This document shows, in pieces, positions 62,860-64,000 of a stretch of 64,000 bases of DNA. Under the pieces are notes generated by a model. That model was not told the DNA's origin and did not search any database. It saw only the letters and a list, made by a program, of their open reading frames with translations. Position numbers and translations under genes: made by a program. Positions within the stretch are counted from its first letter, which is position 1, and each line of letters begins with the position of its first letter. The stretch is from positions 10,809,231 through 10,873,230 of the forward strand of contig MU054187.1 of the NCBI GenBank assembly GCA_013239625.1. Direction: 5' to 3'. The DNA comes from Lama guanicoe. Lineage: Eukaryota.

Positions 62860-64000
62860 AGACTCTGGGTAGAGTTCAGTGGACTGGCATCATGACCACT
62901 GTGACAAAAACAAGCGCAATTAAAAGTCCATGTAAGATGCTTCAAAACCAAGAACCTGAATTATCCAACCAAGGCCAAGAGAACAATCCCACAGCTCATA
63001 AAGATTCACCTTAGAGAGCCAAGTAGCTTTGTCCTTAAAGTGATAAATAGCCTTTTCTACCTTACCTTTTCATTGAGCCAAGTATGGCAAAAAATATTAG
63101 CAATTGCAGATACTATCAAGACTAGTGAACAAGAAGTCTAGATTGTCCACCACCACTCTTGCCAAGGAATTGAGACTGATCTATGTTCCGTCTTAGGTAG
63201 AAATGATATTATTTATAACTTCTGCCAGAATTAAAATGATACGTGTCTTCTGGCCTTTTGTTTGTATGGTTCCTATGATTGGAAACACTACTTTGATTGT
63301 TTGCATATACAATAAATCAGTAACTCCCCCAGGTAAAGTGCATGAATAATCAAAGGTAACCTTGTTTTGGAGTTAGCATCTGAATTGTACTATCCTGCTT
63401 TGATGATCTGTAGAATTAAGGTGTCTGGCACAGAGAAGTTTTGGGATACTATTTCTAAAATGCATGAAGTATTAGAATGAGACAAGCAAAACTAGCCATC
63501 CTGGTTGCAGAGGAAGTAGTATCTGGTAGGAATATATAGATATCCTAAAAAGAAATTGTTTGTGGCATGAAGTTGAAACCAAGGCCTCACATTAGGTGGT
63601 TTACACATTAGTATCTATATTTGTCTCTTCCAGATAGTGAGTAATTTGTCCATCCATCATCTTAAGAAATTCTAAATTCAAATTTAGAATTACTTAGAGT
63701 CTAATTGATAGATTGTGTTTTTTTTTTTTTCTTTTTCTATGAGAGAGCAACACTGGCAAAGTCACAGGCTGATTTGTTTAAGGCCATTTGTCCATGTAGA
63801 TACAAAAAAAAATGCCATTGGCTGTAATTCCCTTCTATCTTGTTTCGGGAATTATCCCTAGGTTTTTATCATGGGCGGCGTCTGGTGAGGAATGGCTTAT
63901 CCAGTAATCAATAAGCTTGAAGGTTACTGTTTAGGAAGTGTGAGATTGGCGTTAGAATGATTGTGCTCTGACCTAACAATTTTAGTAAGAAGGGAATAAA
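62860..64000 (-). pseudogene. Decayed class I (gamma-type) ERV env, truncated by the window edge
   Basis: Minus-strand remnants in the expected order: LIDYWISH (decayed CWIC), YYFLCN, fusion-peptide region LPGGVTD...VFPIIGTIQ, ISD SLNSLARVVVDN-LDFL, decayed CX6CC (IC/AIANIFCHTWLN), KATWLSKV and TM anchor SILHGLLIALVFVTVVMM. Several stops and frameshifts. Confidence 0.85.

Noticed and set aside
17267..64000. Next canonical C8orf34 exon (expected to begin roughly EDLNDLRMEG)
   Set aside because: Not found by eye; it probably lies beyond the window. The preceding canonical exon was also not found in 1-10723.
1..64000. CRISPR arrays, operons, rRNA/snRNA genes, processed pseudogenes, non-retroviral viral inserts
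   Set aside because: No regularly spaced repeats or recognisable matches were seen. Small structured RNAs could be missed without a covariance-model search.

Overview
AT-rich, repeat-dense mammalian genomic DNA, most likely camelid (a Vic-1-like tRNA-derived SINE at 30278-30383; I saw no Alu, B1/B2, SINEC, PRE-1 or Bov-tA/BovB elements). The window lies inside the + strand C8orf34 (VEST-1) orthologue. It holds two internal coding exons (10724-10896 and 17100-17266) whose splice phases match; neither appears in the supplied ORF track. The rest is intron: old L1, L2, L3/CR1, MIR, MaLR/ERVL LTRs and hAT transposons, plus the 3' LTR and a decayed env of an antisense class I ERV that runs off the right edge. 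I found no intact novel protein-coding system, CRISPR array or RNA gene. The best leads are: candidate alternative first, terminal and poison exons of C8orf34; a TSD-flanked L1 whose 5' tip is fused directly to late ORF2; the fossil env; an L1 patch lacking a poly(A) tail; two near-consensus CTCF sites; and Hox/Pbx and E-box motif clusters. Repeat family names come from remembered consensus sequences, and old-repeat boundaries are approximate.
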